Below are positions 1 through 10,039 of a DNA stretch of 32,000 nt, in pieces. Within the stretch, counting starts at the first letter, position 1, and each line of letters starts with the position of its first letter. A program made the translations under genes and the position numbers. The notes under the pieces were generated by a model. It worked only from the letters and a program-made list of their open reading frames with translations, was not told the origin of the DNA and did no database searches. The DNA is taken from assembly GCA_942493095.1 (NCBI GenBank), contig OW818675.1:1920001-1952000 (forward strand), in the 5' to 3' direction. This DNA is from Candidatus Electronema halotolerans (lineage in GTDB: Bacteria > Desulfobacterota > Desulfobulbia > Desulfobulbales > Desulfobulbaceae).

Positions 1-1002
1 GGCGCAGTAACTTGTCGGGATAATTTTGTTCAACTGTATTGGGATGGCGCGGGAGAATTCACCGTCAAAAAATCAAAATGGCGGCATTATCGCACTGAGG
101 AGTCGGCCACGGTCTCCTTTGAGATACGAGCAGAAGAGACCCCGCTCTGGCTGCGGCTTGATCCCAGTGTTCAGCTTGGAATCATTGCTGTCGAATGGAT
201 CAGAGTGCGCAATAAGACCCGTGATAGAAAAATTATGGCCTTCCGAAAAGCAGATGAATTCAGCCAGCTTTTTCTGACCGGTGATCTGACTTGGCTGTTC
301 AGGGACAGAAAAAATATTTTCCTCTCCTGCGGGCCTGATCCAATGTTTGTTCTTCCGCAACTGAGCAGAGATTGCCTCAGTATAGGAGATTATCTTGAAA
401 TTGCAATCAAATTAAAAGAAAGTGGGGTCCAGCAATTTTTTGCCGAACAGCAAAGCCAAGGCAACTGTCAAGAGAAAAACAGCAGCGACAATGTTCTGCG
501 GTTGTATTGGGACAGCAGCGGCAAGTTCACTGCCGAGCAATCGCAGCAGCATCTATATCCGCCAGGAGAAAGCACCACTGTCTCTTTCACTCTGCCGGTC
601 AAGGAGATGCCGCTCTGGCTCCGGCTTGATCCCAGCCGCCGGACCGGCATCATTGAACTCCATCACCTCACGGTGCGCAATGTGACGCGGAATCAGAAAA
701 TTATGACATTCCGGCAGCCGGATGACTTTAAAACGCTGTTTTTGACTGGTGATCTGACGTGGCCTGCTCCTGCCCGGAGAAATATTCTCTTGGCGGGCGG
801 GGCAAATTCGATCTGCATCCTGCCGCAACTGCAAGAAAACGACGCTGCGCCGGGTGATTTGCTGGAAGTCACGGTCTGCCTGAAGGAAAGCAGTCTGCCG
901 CAGTTTCTGGCCGGGCATCAGATCAGCCTTGCCGACCGGACCTCCTCCCGCTGGCAACGCCTGTTTCAGTGTCTCAGAGGACAGCTTTGCTCGCCGCAAT
1001 GA
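1..1002 (+). CDS. C-terminal part of a tandem-repeat protein (truncated at window start), LYWD...PLWLRLDPS...GDLTW repeats
   Basis: Frame 1 is open from base 1 to the stop at 1000-1002. The translation carries a repeated block (LYWD..G.FT, PLWLRLDPS, GII, VRN.TR..KIM.FR..D.F..LFLTGDLTW) with a period of 468 bp (156 aa). Confidence 0.75.
   Translation, partial: GAVTCRDNFVQLYWDGAGEFTVKKSKWRHYRTEESATVSFEIRAEETPLWLRLDPSVQLGIIAVEWIRVRNKTRDRKIMAFRKADEFSQLFLTGDLTWLFRDRKNIFLSCGPDPMFVLPQLSRDCLSIGDYLEIAIKLKESGVQQFFAEQQSQGNCQEKNSSDNVLRLYWDSSGKFTAEQSQQHLYPPGESTTVSFTLPVKEMPLWLRLDPSRRTGIIELHHLTVRNVTRNQKIMTFRQPDDFKTLFLTGDLTWPAPARRNILLAGGANSICILPQLQENDAAPGDLLEVTVCLKESSLPQFLAGHQISLADRTSSRWQRLFQCLRGQLCSPQ
136..1002 (+). 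repeat. In-gene tandem repeat, period about 468 bp (156 aa)
   Basis: gagaccccgctctggctgcggcttgatcccag at 136 recurs as gagatgccgctctggctccggcttgatcccag at 604. Protein blocks LFLTGDLTW and PLWLRLDPS each occur twice. Confidence 0.8.
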
Positions 1003-2192
1003 GCCGCTCAAGAGCAGCCAAGCGATATTGCCTTCAGTTCTTCTGCACTGTCTTTTTTCTCTTCAGCATCTTGCTGGGCTATGGCTTCATTTTTGATCCG
1101 TGGCAGCTTTTTCACCAGCCGTGGTTCAGATCACAGGCGTTCATCAGCAATGCCCGCTTTCAGAATGCAGGTTTGATCAACAGCTACGACTTTGATGCAG
1201 CGATTCTCGGCAACAGCATGGCGGAAAATTTTTCCGCGCACGAGGCATCGCAGGTGCTGGGCGGCACCTTTATCAATCTCTCCATGGCTGGTTCCTTGTT
1301 CAGCGAGCGGCAGATAGTGCTTGAGCATCTTTTTCGCAAAAAAAAAATTAAACAGCTCATCATCTCGCTCGATCATATGCCGAATATTCAGCCTGGACAG
1401 TACAATCAGGACCTGCCGCCGGAAAAATACGCCTTTCTCTATAATTGGAATCCATTGGACGACTTTCGTCTCTACTTTGATGTCAAGCTGTTCCGCTGCT
1501 GGAACTTCATGGAGAAGAACTCCTGCTGGCAGGAAATTCCCGGCGCGGCCAGAGTAAAATCTCTGGAGGAGCTGTATAAATGGTTTCCCTATTATGTCAA
1601 TGCCTTTGGCGGGGCTGATGCGTGGTGCGGCTGGAGCAGGCAGTCTCAGGCCTTCAAAGTTTTTCTGAAAGAAATCATCCGGGTTGCAGCTGAAATACAA
1701 CAGGGCAACAAAGACCACTGGACCGATGAACTCACTGCCGAATGCCGACATAACAGTCGTGCCGCTTTTGAACAGCATATTCTGCCGTTGATCAAAGCGC
1801 ATCCAGAGACAAAGTTTCTCCTCTTTTTTCCGCCCTATTCAAGACTGTGGTATGCCATGCAGGAGCAGTATTATGTCGGCTATTACCAAAGCTATATTCT
1901 TTTCCTGGAAGATATGGTCAACACAGTTGAAAAACTTCCCAACGTCCAGCTCTTTGGTTTTGACAATCAGCCATTCACTGCCGATATTGCCAATTACAAA
2001 GATCAAAGCCATTATCATAAGAAGATCAACTCGAAAATTCTCCATCTAATGGCCAATAAAACAGGGCTGCTCAGAGAAGAAAATCTTGCGGCGTATCTTC
2101 AAACAATCAAGGGACTGGCTGGCAGCTATGATCTGCAAGGCATTGCCCAGACATTTCAACAATGCCTGAAACAGCAGGCTGATAAAAAATAG
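999..2192 (+). CDS. DltD/AlgX-like (SGNH-hydrolase-like) membrane-anchored protein
   Basis: ATG at 999 overlaps the previous stop (ATGA). Single N-terminal TM, FDAAILGNSMAENF motif resembling an SGNH block I, directly upstream of an MBOAT gene. Confidence 0.6.
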   Translation: MSRSRAAKRYCLQFFCTVFFLFSILLGYGFIFDPWQLFHQPWFRSQAFISNARFQNAGLINSYDFDAAILGNSMAENFSAHEASQVLGGTFINLSMAGSLFSERQIVLEHLFRKKKIKQLIISLDHMPNIQPGQYNQDLPPEKYAFLYNWNPLDDFRLYFDVKLFRCWNFMEKNSCWQEIPGAARVKSLEELYKWFPYYVNAFGGADAWCGWSRQSQAFKVFLKEIIRVAAEIQQGNKDHWTDELTAECRHNSRAAFEQHILPLIKAHPETKFLLFFPPYSRLWYAMQEQYYVGYYQSYILFLEDMVNTVEKLPNVQLFGFDNQPFTADIANYKDQSHYHKKINSKILHLMANKTGLLREENLAAYLQTIKGLAGSYDLQGIAQTFQQCLKQQADKK

Positions 2193-2200
2193 AACAGATC

Positions 2201-3760
2201 ATGCTGTTCAATTCCTCAGCCTACATTTTCTTCTTCCTCCCCTGCGTCATTGCCGGCTATTTCCTGCTCAACCGCGCCCGCTTTGTCACAGCGGCCACAG
2301 CTTGGCTGGTGTTGGCCTCGCTCTTTTTCTATGGCTGCTGGAAACCCGGCTATCTGCTGATATTGACTGTTTCAATTCTCGTCAATTTCGCCTTGGGCAC
2401 CATGCTGCACCAGAGCAGCAGAAAACTGGGCAGCACCCGGCGGCAGGAGCTTGGCCGCCGCAGCATTCTGGTCGTTGGCATTCTCTTCAATCTCGGCCTG
2501 CTTGGCTATTACAAATACGCTGATTTTTTTCTCAGCAATGTCAATAGGCTGTTCAACAGCTCCCTGCCATTGCCCCATCTTCTCCTGCCGCTGGCAATCA
2601 GTTTCTTCACCTTTCAGCAGATCGCCTATCTGCTTGATTGCAGCCGCGACAATGCCAAGGAATACGATTTTCTCAGCTACTGCCTCTTTGTCGCCTTTTT
2701 TCCTCAGCTCATTGCCGGGCCGATAGTACATCATCGGGAGATGATGCCGCAATTTGTCCGCCTGCGGAACCGGCTCTTCTCCTTCCCCAATGCCGGGCTG
2801 GGCCTGTTTTTCTTTTCATTGGGCCTGTTCAAGAAAGTCTGGATTGCCGATCAATTCTCTGTCTGGGCAGGTCTCGGCTTTGCCGCAAAACATGCTCTGA
2901 CGTTTTTTGATGCCTGGGGAACGGCCCTGAGCTACACCTTTCAGCTCTATTTTGATTTTTCCGGCTACACTGACATGGCCATCGGCTCGGCCCTGTTGTT
3001 CAACATTGTTCTGCCGATCAATTTTGATTCGCCTTATCAATCTGTCAGCATTCAGGATTTCTGGCGACGCTGGCATATCACCCTGTCGCGCTGGCTGCGG
3101 GAATATCTCTACATCCCTCTTGGCGGCAATCGCAAAGGACAGCTGCGCACCTGCCTGAATTTGTTCATCACCTTTCTCTTGGCCGGGTTGTGGCACGGCG
3201 CAGGCTGGACCTTTGTCATCTGGGGCGCATTGCACGGCGCGGCCTTAGTCCTCCATCGGCTGTGGAAAAATATTGGTCTGCGAATGCCTGCTCTCATCGG
3301 CTGGCTGCTTACTTTTCTCTTTGTCAGCGCGTCCTGGGTGATTTTCCGGGCCGCCAGCCTCCGGGAAGGACTGCATATTTTGCAGAGCATGGCCGGACTG
3401 AACGGCATCGCCTTGAGTCCAAGCATCGCCAAACTGCTGGCAGGGCTGCATGAGCAGCTTGCCGGATGCAGCAGCAAAACGCTGCTTCTGCCTGCCGAGA
3501 CTGGCTGGCATCTACTCTTCTTCAGTCTCGTGCTCTTTCTCCTGCCTAATTCCTGCCGAATCGGCGGCCTGATTGCGGAGAAAAAAGAAAACGAGCCACC
3601 CGCAGGCCGCCTGAAAAGTCTGCGCCGCCAAGCTGCCCGTTTTCTCCTCCGCTTCCAGCCAAACTGCTATTGGGCCGTGATCAGCGGCATTCTCTTTGCA
3701 ATGGCCCTCTACCGCCTGCTGCGGGTCGCGCCGACAGAATTTCTCTATTTCAACTTTTAA
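2201..3760 (+). CDS. MBOAT family O-acyltransferase (AlgI-like)
   Basis: Multi-TM protein with FFPQLIAGPIVHHREMMPQ, FDFSGYTDMAIGSALLFNIVLPINFDSPY, DFWRRWHITLSRWLREYLYIPLGGNRKG and GLWHGAGWTFVIWG motifs. Confidence 0.92.
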   Translation: MLFNSSAYIFFFLPCVIAGYFLLNRARFVTAATAWLVLASLFFYGCWKPGYLLILTVSILVNFALGTMLHQSSRKLGSTRRQELGRRSILVVGILFNLGLLGYYKYADFFLSNVNRLFNSSLPLPHLLLPLAISFFTFQQIAYLLDCSRDNAKEYDFLSYCLFVAFFPQLIAGPIVHHREMMPQFVRLRNRLFSFPNAGLGLFFFSLGLFKKVWIADQFSVWAGLGFAAKHALTFFDAWGTALSYTFQLYFDFSGYTDMAIGSALLFNIVLPINFDSPYQSVSIQDFWRRWHITLSRWLREYLYIPLGGNRKGQLRTCLNLFITFLLAGLWHGAGWTFVIWGALHGAALVLHRLWKNIGLRMPALIGWLLTFLFVSASWVIFRAASLREGLHILQSMAGLNGIALSPSIAKLLAGLHEQLAGCSSKTLLLPAETGWHLLFFSLVLFLLPNSCRIGGLIAEKKENEPPAGRLKSLRRQAARFLLRFQPNCYWAVISGILFAMALYRLLRVAPTEFLYFNF

Positions 3761-4137
3761 GCCGCCTTGGGGAAATCCTCCAAGCCCCAGTCCGTAGGCG
3801 TGAGCGGCTTCAGGCCGTGCGCCAGTCTGGCTTTGTCGCAGCGTTCGTTGACCACGCCGTCGAGCAGGGAAGGAGGGAAATCCCGGCACACTGAAGCCCG
3901 CTGCGCATAAATGCCGCACGCAACGTTGCTGCCGATTTCCCCGGTCAAGGCGATGCAGCGCGGCTTCTCTCCTCTGGTGCCTTTCATCTGCACCCGGAAA
4001 TCGTTGAGCTTTTCAGTGAGCTGCTCCGGCACGCCATCAGGATTGCCTGCGGTGGTCTCGGCCCAGTAAAAGGATGCCCGAAAAAACGCGCAGCAGGCTC
4101 CGCAGGTCAGACAAGGATTGATCGTTTCCATAGACAA
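3757..4137 (-). CDS. YkgJ-type cysteine cluster (zinc/iron-chelating) protein
   Basis: N-terminal CLTCGACCA...F and CGIYAQRASVCRDFPPS motifs. Confidence 0.8.
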   Translation of the reverse strand: MSMETINPCLTCGACCAFFRASFYWAETTAGNPDGVPEQLTEKLNDFRVQMKGTRGEKPRCIALTGEIGSNVACGIYAQRASVCRDFPPSLLDGVVNERCDKARLAHGLKPLTPTDWGLEDFPKAA

Positions 4138-4161
4138 TGCACGGGCCTAAGCCCGCTCCGC

Positions 4162-4195
4162 AAAGAAAAAAAGCTGCGCTCACCATGAGCGCAGC
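4162..4195 (-). terminator. Rho-independent terminator (minus strand)
   Basis: Minus strand reads GCTGCGCTC ATGGT GAGCGCAGC TTTTTTTCTTT: 9-bp perfect stem, 5-nt loop, U-tract. Confidence 0.8.
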
Positions 4196-4348
4196 AACGG
4201 CGGCAAAGGATATACAGCCGGACCCGCATCTGCGTCAATGAAAATGATGCGGAACCGATCAGGCGCAGGTCATTTTTTGAAAGCAAGCTCCAGCTTGGCA
4301 AGAGAATGGGTCATGGGCAGCACTGTCTCTCTATTCGGATGCTCGGCC

Positions 4349-5320
4349 TTACTTCTGCGCAGGCCCAGCCGCGCTGGAGCATATCCGGCCCAGATAGACC
4401 AGCCCGCCCAGCAGGGAATAGCTGACCGTGGTGCCGAGGAAGAGCAGGGCCAGTGATCTGGTCTCCAGATTGCTCATTCCGACCCAGCCGAAAAAGACCA
4501 CATAGCCCGCATCGCGCAGGCCAAGGCCGAAGATGGAAATCGGCAAGGCTTCCAGCAGGGTGATCAGCGGGACAAAGGCACTGAAGTAGAAGAACGAGAC
4601 TTGGGCATGAATTGCGCCTGCCAGCAGCCAGACAATGGTGATCACTGAAAGCTGGAAGGCAAAGGAAATGACCATTACGTGCAGCAGCAGCTTGGGCTTG
4701 CTGCCGTAGGCTTGGAAGGAGCAGAAGAACTTTTCTGCCAGTCCGGTGAGCAGGGGGAAGCGGTCCAGCTTGGTTATGCGGAGGAAGAACCGCACCGGCT
4801 GCTCTTTGACCAAGGCTGCGAGGATGGCCAGCAGGATGATGAGAATCAGCAGGGGGGCGAGGAAAAAGAAGAAATTATGGAACTGGCGGGCCACCAGCAC
4901 TGAGGACAGCAGGCTGAGGATGACCAAGGCAAGAAAGCCGGAGAAGCGGTCAGCAAAGACTGAGGCTGCCGAGCGCACGCCGCCGCTCTGGCGGGCAATG
5001 TCATAGATACGGTAGGAGTCGCCGCCAATGTTGGAGGGCAGAAAGAGGTTGTAGAAGCTGCCGATCAAGTAGGTCTTGGTCAGGGCAGACAGGGGAATAT
5101 CCACGTGATCGGCAAGGAGGAAGAGCCGCCACTTGAGCGCGCTCAAGACCGTGTTGCAGAAGAGCAGCACGGCGATGGGCAGAAGATACAGCAGCTCTGC
5201 TCCGGCGAGCAGGCCGCGCAGCTCCTGCATGGGAATCTTCCGATAAAGGACAAACATCAGTGCGCCGCTGATCAGCAGCTTGGCTGCGGTGAAGAGCCAT
5301 TTGCGCCGTGCTTTGCTCAT
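4349..5320 (-). CDS. Lysylphosphatidylglycerol synthase / UPF0104-type flippase-like membrane protein
   Basis: MSKARRKWLFTAAKLLISGALMF..., NTVLSALKWRLFLLAD, FLPSNIGGDSYRIYDIAR, ASVFADRFSGF. ATGA overlap with upstream gene. Confidence 0.8.
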   Translation of the reverse strand: MSKARRKWLFTAAKLLISGALMFVLYRKIPMQELRGLLAGAELLYLLPIAVLLFCNTVLSALKWRLFLLADHVDIPLSALTKTYLIGSFYNLFLPSNIGGDSYRIYDIARQSGGVRSAASVFADRFSGFLALVILSLLSSVLVARQFHNFFFFLAPLLILIILLAILAALVKEQPVRFFLRITKLDRFPLLTGLAEKFFCSFQAYGSKPKLLLHVMVISFAFQLSVITIVWLLAGAIHAQVSFFYFSAFVPLITLLEALPISIFGLGLRDAGYVVFFGWVGMSNLETRSLALLFLGTTVSYSLLGGLVYLGRICSSAAGPAQK

Positions 5321-6051
5321 GCTCTGCGCGTCTTGACCACCTTGGCAGGCACGCCAAGGGAAATGGTGCATGCGCCGACTGGCTTGGTCAGCACTGCTCC
5401 GGCTCCGGCCACGCTGCCCCGGCCCATCGTCACCCCGCCCAGCACCGTGACATTGGCTCCGAGCCAGACATCCGCCTCCAGCCGCAGGCCGCCGTCATTG
5501 CGGATGCTCTGCTCGCGGATCAGCATGTCCAAACGTTCGAGATTGTAGCTGCCGCCGCCGATCAGGCAGCAATTTTGGCCAATCAGGCAGTCCGGGCCAA
5601 GCTCCACCGGGCAGCCGTTGGTTGACTGGACAATGGTGCGGGAATTGAGGCCGCAGTTGTCGCCGATGCTGATGGAGCCGTTCTTGCAGGAGAGCAAGAC
5701 ATCGTTGGAGAAAACCACGTTGTCGCCAATGCTGATTGAGACTGCCGCGCTGCTGTGTCTGCCGTCCAAGATGCAGCCCTCGCTGATCACCACGGCGCTG
5801 CCAAGGCGGATGCGGCCTGGCTGACGCAGAACAATGCCGGGGGCAAACATGCAGCCTTTGCCGCAGCTAGCAAAGAGGCGCGGCCAGAAGAGCTTGCGCA
5901 GGGCCATGCCGACAAGGCCGGGCAGCGGCCCCAGCAGCAGGCACCATTCATAATAGAGCAGTGCCGCCAAGGAGCGGCTGCCGACCATGAGGTCTTGGTA
6001 TTTGGCCAAGGGCGAACCTTGGCCAGTGACAGCCTGATGGGTCTTCTGCAT
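5317..6051 (-). CDS. Left-handed beta-helix (hexapeptide repeat) acyltransferase
   Basis: Hexapeptide repeats (VVISEGCILDGR, SIGDNVVFSNDV, DVWLGANVTVLGGVTMGRGSVAGAGAVLTK). Confidence 0.85.
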   Translation of the reverse strand: MQKTHQAVTGQGSPLAKYQDLMVGSRSLAALLYYEWCLLLGPLPGLVGMALRKLFWPRLFASCGKGCMFAPGIVLRQPGRIRLGSAVVISEGCILDGRHSSAAVSISIGDNVVFSNDVLLSCKNGSISIGDNCGLNSRTIVQSTNGCPVELGPDCLIGQNCCLIGGGSYNLERLDMLIREQSIRNDGGLRLEADVWLGANVTVLGGVTMGRGSVAGAGAVLTKPVGACTISLGVPAKVVKTRRA

Positions 6052-6060
6052 GGTCATTTT

Positions 6061-6684
6061 TCAGAGCACCAGCTTGAGCAGGACAAAGCCGCCAATGAGC
6101 AGGAGCAGGAAAACAATGGTCAGCAGGTTGAAATACTTGTTGATGAAATACTGAACCGGCGCGCCGAACTTGTAGATCAGGGCTGCGACGAGAAAGAAGC
6201 GGGCTGCTCGCGAGGCAAGCGAGGCGAGCATGAAGGTGAGGAAGCTGACCTTGCAGGCTCCAGCCGTGATGGTGAAGAGTTTGTAGGGCAGAGGCGTGAA
6301 TCCGGCGGCTGCCACGGCCAAGGCATCGTAGTGCTGGTACCAGGCCATGACAATGTCGTACTTGTCGCTTAGACCGTACAGCTCCACGATTTTCATGCCG
6401 AGCGTGTCCATGAAGGCCAAGCCAAGCGCGTAGCCGAATGCGCCGCCAATCACGGAACCGGCAGTGCAGATGGCGGCAAACTTAAAGGACTTTTTTGGCT
6501 CGCCCACGCAAAGGGCAATCAGGAAGACATCCGGCGGAATCGGAAAGAACGACGATTCGGCAAAAGCAATGAAGAAAAAGACCCACAGCCCTGCCGGGGT
6601 CTGAATCCACTCCATGCAGCGGATGTAGATGCGCTGCATCAAGGAGAACTTCTTGGCTGGTGCAGCTTCTTCTGGCTTGTTCAT
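6061..6684 (-). CDS. YqaA/DedA-like SNARE-associated membrane protein
   Basis: ESSFFPIPPDVFLIAL, GSVIGGAFGYALG, GFTPLPYKLFTITAGA motifs. Confidence 0.8.
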   Translation of the reverse strand: MNKPEEAAPAKKFSLMQRIYIRCMEWIQTPAGLWVFFFIAFAESSFFPIPPDVFLIALCVGEPKKSFKFAAICTAGSVIGGAFGYALGLAFMDTLGMKIVELYGLSDKYDIVMAWYQHYDALAVAAAGFTPLPYKLFTITAGACKVSFLTFMLASLASRAARFFLVAALIYKFGAPVQYFINKYFNLLTIVFLLLLIGGFVLLKLVL

Positions 6685-6729
6685 GCGGGAAATAAGTAAA
6701 TTCTTGTCCGGGAGCTGGAGAGAAACGCT

Positions 6730-7641
6730 TCAGTTCAATTTGTCATGCTTGCTTCTGAGGCAGGATGCCAGGCAGTTGCCAATGTCTGTCGAAATATCAT
6801 GCCTGCTGATCCGTTCATGAATGGCCAAATTGCAGGCAGTATTGACCTCGTTGAAAACCCATCCTGAATCTGTCGCAAACCAGTCAACAAAGGTGATTTT
6901 CGCCTTGATAATGCGGGCAAATGTCTCTGTCAGCGTGAGTAGCGCAGGCGGCGGGGCCTCACAGTGCTGGATGGCGGGATTCATGCAGACGCTGCATTTC
7001 CAACTGCTTGAAGGTGTATCAAAAAACACCGCCGCTGCCAGAGCTTGGCCGTTGATGACAATCACCCGATACAGAGCCTTGTACGGCACATATTCCTGGA
7101 TGATGAATTGATCAAAGGGAAGAGCATGCAAGGCATCAAGCATGGAGGAATCTGGCCGAGATGCAAGCAGATAACAGTAACGGCCATCGCCTTGACTGAA
7201 TCTCGGTTTCAGGACAAGCCGCTCATGCTTGGCAAACATGCTGGCGATTTGCTGAACCAGAGAATGCTTGTCAGCAGAGACTGTCTGCGGGGCCGGAATA
7301 TTGTGCTTGACAGCCTGCTGAATTGACAGATGCTTGTCCGATGAAAGCAAGACCGTGTCAGCACTGTTGATCACTTCGTATCCAGCCTGCTCGACCCGGC
7401 GCAAGGTGTCGAACACGTCCTCTTTTGCCCTGGTTCGATGATAAATGGCAGTCCGATTATGAATAAGTGTCGTGTCCGGTCGGCAGCCCTCGTGCTCTAA
7501 ATACGCTTCCAGCTCAGGAATTGTTGTCACGCCGCAGCGGATGCCTTGGAGATTGACGGCCTTGGCAATGAACTGCGCATAGCGTTCACTGTTTGCAGAC
7601 CGCACGATCACGATTCCTGGGCTGTATGTCCCTTTGTCCAT
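6730..7641 (-). CDS. ATP-grasp family (RimK-like) protein
   Basis: Start chosen at MDKGTYSPGIVIV. SADTVLLSSDKHLSIQQAVKHNIPAPQT, RLVLKPRFSQGDGR, FIIQEYVPYKALYRVIVING, VDWFATDSGWVFNEVNTACN. Confidence 0.75.
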   Translation of the reverse strand: MDKGTYSPGIVIVRSANSERYAQFIAKAVNLQGIRCGVTTIPELEAYLEHEGCRPDTTLIHNRTAIYHRTRAKEDVFDTLRRVEQAGYEVINSADTVLLSSDKHLSIQQAVKHNIPAPQTVSADKHSLVQQIASMFAKHERLVLKPRFSQGDGRYCYLLASRPDSSMLDALHALPFDQFIIQEYVPYKALYRVIVINGQALAAAVFFDTPSSSWKCSVCMNPAIQHCEAPPPALLTLTETFARIIKAKITFVDWFATDSGWVFNEVNTACNLAIHERISRHDISTDIGNCLASCLRSKHDKLN

Positions 7642-7734
7642 AGAGTTTGTTCGTGGATTCAAGCGCAATGCACCAGAATGACGGGAAACACGGTCACAGG
7701 GGGCCGTGCCTTGCAACCATCGTGCCCGGTTCGC

Positions 7735-7986
7735 TCAGTTTTCCTGCTCCGCCTCCTTGGCCATTTCCTCCATCCGCTGATTCTGGGCATTTTGCAGGGC
7801 CTGCGAAGCCTTAGCCTTGTCAATCGGTTTGGTCATGTGTTCAACCGCCTTATGCGCGACCTCGTCAGAAGCCCGCTCAATCATGCCCTTGCTTTCCGGC
7901 TCCTTCTTTTCCTCTGAGCAGCCTGCCAGCAGGCCAAGCAGAGCCAGGGCGCAGGCGGCGGCCTTGAGATAGTCCTTTGTGATCAT
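7735..7986 (-). CDS. Small lipoprotein
   Basis: Signal peptide with lipobox LLGLLAGCSEEKK, charged helical tail. Confidence 0.7.
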   Translation of the reverse strand: MITKDYLKAAACALALLGLLAGCSEEKKEPESKGMIERASDEVAHKAVEHMTKPIDKAKASQALQNAQNQRMEEMAKEAEQEN

Positions 7987-8005
7987 GGTTGATCTCCGAT
8001 ATGGG

Positions 8006-9922
8006 TTATGCTGTTTCCAGCTTCTGCCGCACGCTTGGGAAGAGCTGCATGTCCGTGTGCGGCAGGAAAAGCGCGGCCATGTAGTGCTGCATGAACTGCG
8101 GATTCTCGGACAGCTCCATGTTGGTGATGAGCTGCCGGGTGGCTTCCAGCTCCTGAAAGCGGCTCATGTCGGTCAGGCTGATCTGGCAGCCGAGCAGCGA
8201 GGCATTGCCGAGATAATAAAAATGCTCGCGGCTGATGTCCGGCAACATGCCAATGCAGATCGCCTGCTCCAAATCCAGATAGGCCCCGAAATTGCCTGCC
8301 AAAATGACCTGATCCAAGTCCGCGAAGCTCAGGCCGACTGACTCCAGCAGGGTCTGATAGCCCGCATACATGGCCCCTTTGGCCCGCATCAGATTGTCAA
8401 TATCGACCTCTGTGAGGACGATGTCCTCGCCGACCAGCGAGTTTGCCGCCCAGACCAAGACATATTCCCAGCCATCCCGTGCCTCCCGGATGCGGGGCGT
8501 GCTCAGGTCGCGGCGGAACTTGCCCTGCTGATCAATGACCCTGTTTTCCAGCAGTTCGGCAATGATGGCAATCAGGCCGGAGCCGCAGATGCCTGCGGGC
8601 CTGCTCTGACCCACCGTGACGATCATCGGCTCAAAGGTTTCAGGGTGAATCTGGAATTTCTCTATTGCCCCGCTTGTCGCCCTCATGCCGAACTGAATGC
8701 CGCCGCCCTCAAAGGCCGGTCCGGCGGAGCAGGCTGCGCAGGCCATCCAGTCCTTGCCGCCGACCACGATCTCGCCGTTGGTGCCAATGTCAATGAACAG
8801 GCTGATCTTGTCTGACTTGGCCATCTGGCAGGCATGAACGCCGGAGACAATATCGCCGCCCACATAGGAGGCAATGCAGGGATGGAAGAACAAGCGGGTG
8901 GAGGGATGCGCATGAATGCCCAAATCGGCGGCCTTGACCAAAGGGAACTGGCTGACGCTGGGCACATAAGGAGCCTCGCGCAGGTATTTGGGATCAATGC
9001 TCAGGAGCAGGTGAGACATGACCGTGTTGCCTGCGGCACTGATGCAGGCGATGTCTGAGGGCGGAATGACCCGCTGACGGCAGATGTCCTCAATGATGGT
9101 GTTGATGGTGCTGACCGCCTTGGCCTGCAAGGTTTTCAGGCCGCCGGGCCGCCCAGCAGAGATGATCCGGGAAATGACATCCTCGCCCAAGCTGATCTGA
9201 TCGTTGTAATTAGACGATTCAGCCAGCACCTCGCCGTTGCGCAGATTGAGCAGCAGGCCGGTGCAGGTGGTGGTGCCGATGTCCAAGGCCAGCCCGTAGA
9301 GCTTGGCCGTAGTGTCGCCCGCCTCAATGTCAATGATGCGGAGGGGATTGCCCTGCCGGAGCAAAAGGGTGACTCGCCAGTCGCCGTCGCGCAGAGTTCG
9401 GGGCAGATACTTGAGCAGGTCCGGGAAGTCGTACAGCAGTTCGCCCTCGTATTCGGGCAGAGCCTGCCTGAGCGCACGGATGACCCGCTGCATGTCCGCC
9501 ATGTTGTCCTCAATGGTTGGCGGCGGCAGTTCCAAGCAGATTTTCCGCACCGGCGGATTGGCTGTCCAGTGGCCGATCAGGCTGTCCAAGGCGTTGGCCG
9601 AGGCGCTGCGGGTGGTTTTAGGCCGATGCTTGAGCGCCTTGCCGCCCTTGGTGGTCAGCTCCGGGACTGTGACCTCCAGATCAGACTCGGCTGTGGTCCG
9701 GCAGGCGAGGCGGAAGCCCTTGTCCCAGTCCTCCTGTCGGAGATTGGCCTTGTCCGAACGCACCTCGCCCTTGACCAGCACCTTGCACTTGCCGCAGACT
9801 CCTTCGCCGCCGCAGCTCGCAGGAATATAGACTCCGGCCTTGGCCGCCGCAGTGAGGATGGTGTCGTCCTTGTCAGCAGCAACGCTGATCTTTTCTGGCA
9901 GAAAGGTGATGGTGCGCTTCAT
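8006..9922 (-). CDS. 2Fe-2S ferredoxin plus ASKHA-domain protein (corrinoid reductive activation-like, DUF4445 family)
   Basis: N-terminal plant-type 2Fe-2S motif (CGGEGVCGKCKVLVKG...C), central LALDIGTTTCTGLLLNLRNGE and DIGTNGEIVVGGKDWMACAACSAGPAFEG. Start at MKRTITFLPEKIS preferred over the upstream tool start. Confidence 0.88.
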   Translation of the reverse strand: MKRTITFLPEKISVAADKDDTILTAAAKAGVYIPASCGGEGVCGKCKVLVKGEVRSDKANLRQEDWDKGFRLACRTTAESDLEVTVPELTTKGGKALKHRPKTTRSASANALDSLIGHWTANPPVRKICLELPPPTIEDNMADMQRVIRALRQALPEYEGELLYDFPDLLKYLPRTLRDGDWRVTLLLRQGNPLRIIDIEAGDTTAKLYGLALDIGTTTCTGLLLNLRNGEVLAESSNYNDQISLGEDVISRIISAGRPGGLKTLQAKAVSTINTIIEDICRQRVIPPSDIACISAAGNTVMSHLLLSIDPKYLREAPYVPSVSQFPLVKAADLGIHAHPSTRLFFHPCIASYVGGDIVSGVHACQMAKSDKISLFIDIGTNGEIVVGGKDWMACAACSAGPAFEGGGIQFGMRATSGAIEKFQIHPETFEPMIVTVGQSRPAGICGSGLIAIIAELLENRVIDQQGKFRRDLSTPRIREARDGWEYVLVWAANSLVGEDIVLTEVDIDNLMRAKGAMYAGYQTLLESVGLSFADLDQVILAGNFGAYLDLEQAICIGMLPDISREHFYYLGNASLLGCQISLTDMSRFQELEATRQLITNMELSENPQFMQHYMAALFLPHTDMQLFPSVRQKLETA

Positions 9923-10039
9923 GCAGGCTCCGTTTTGGGCAATGGATAATTTGGGATGCGGCAGACTATAGCATATTGCAGGGGAAAAAGGCAACCGGGG
10001 AGCACCGCGCCACGCCTGTTCCGCATCAGAGCCGCTGCT

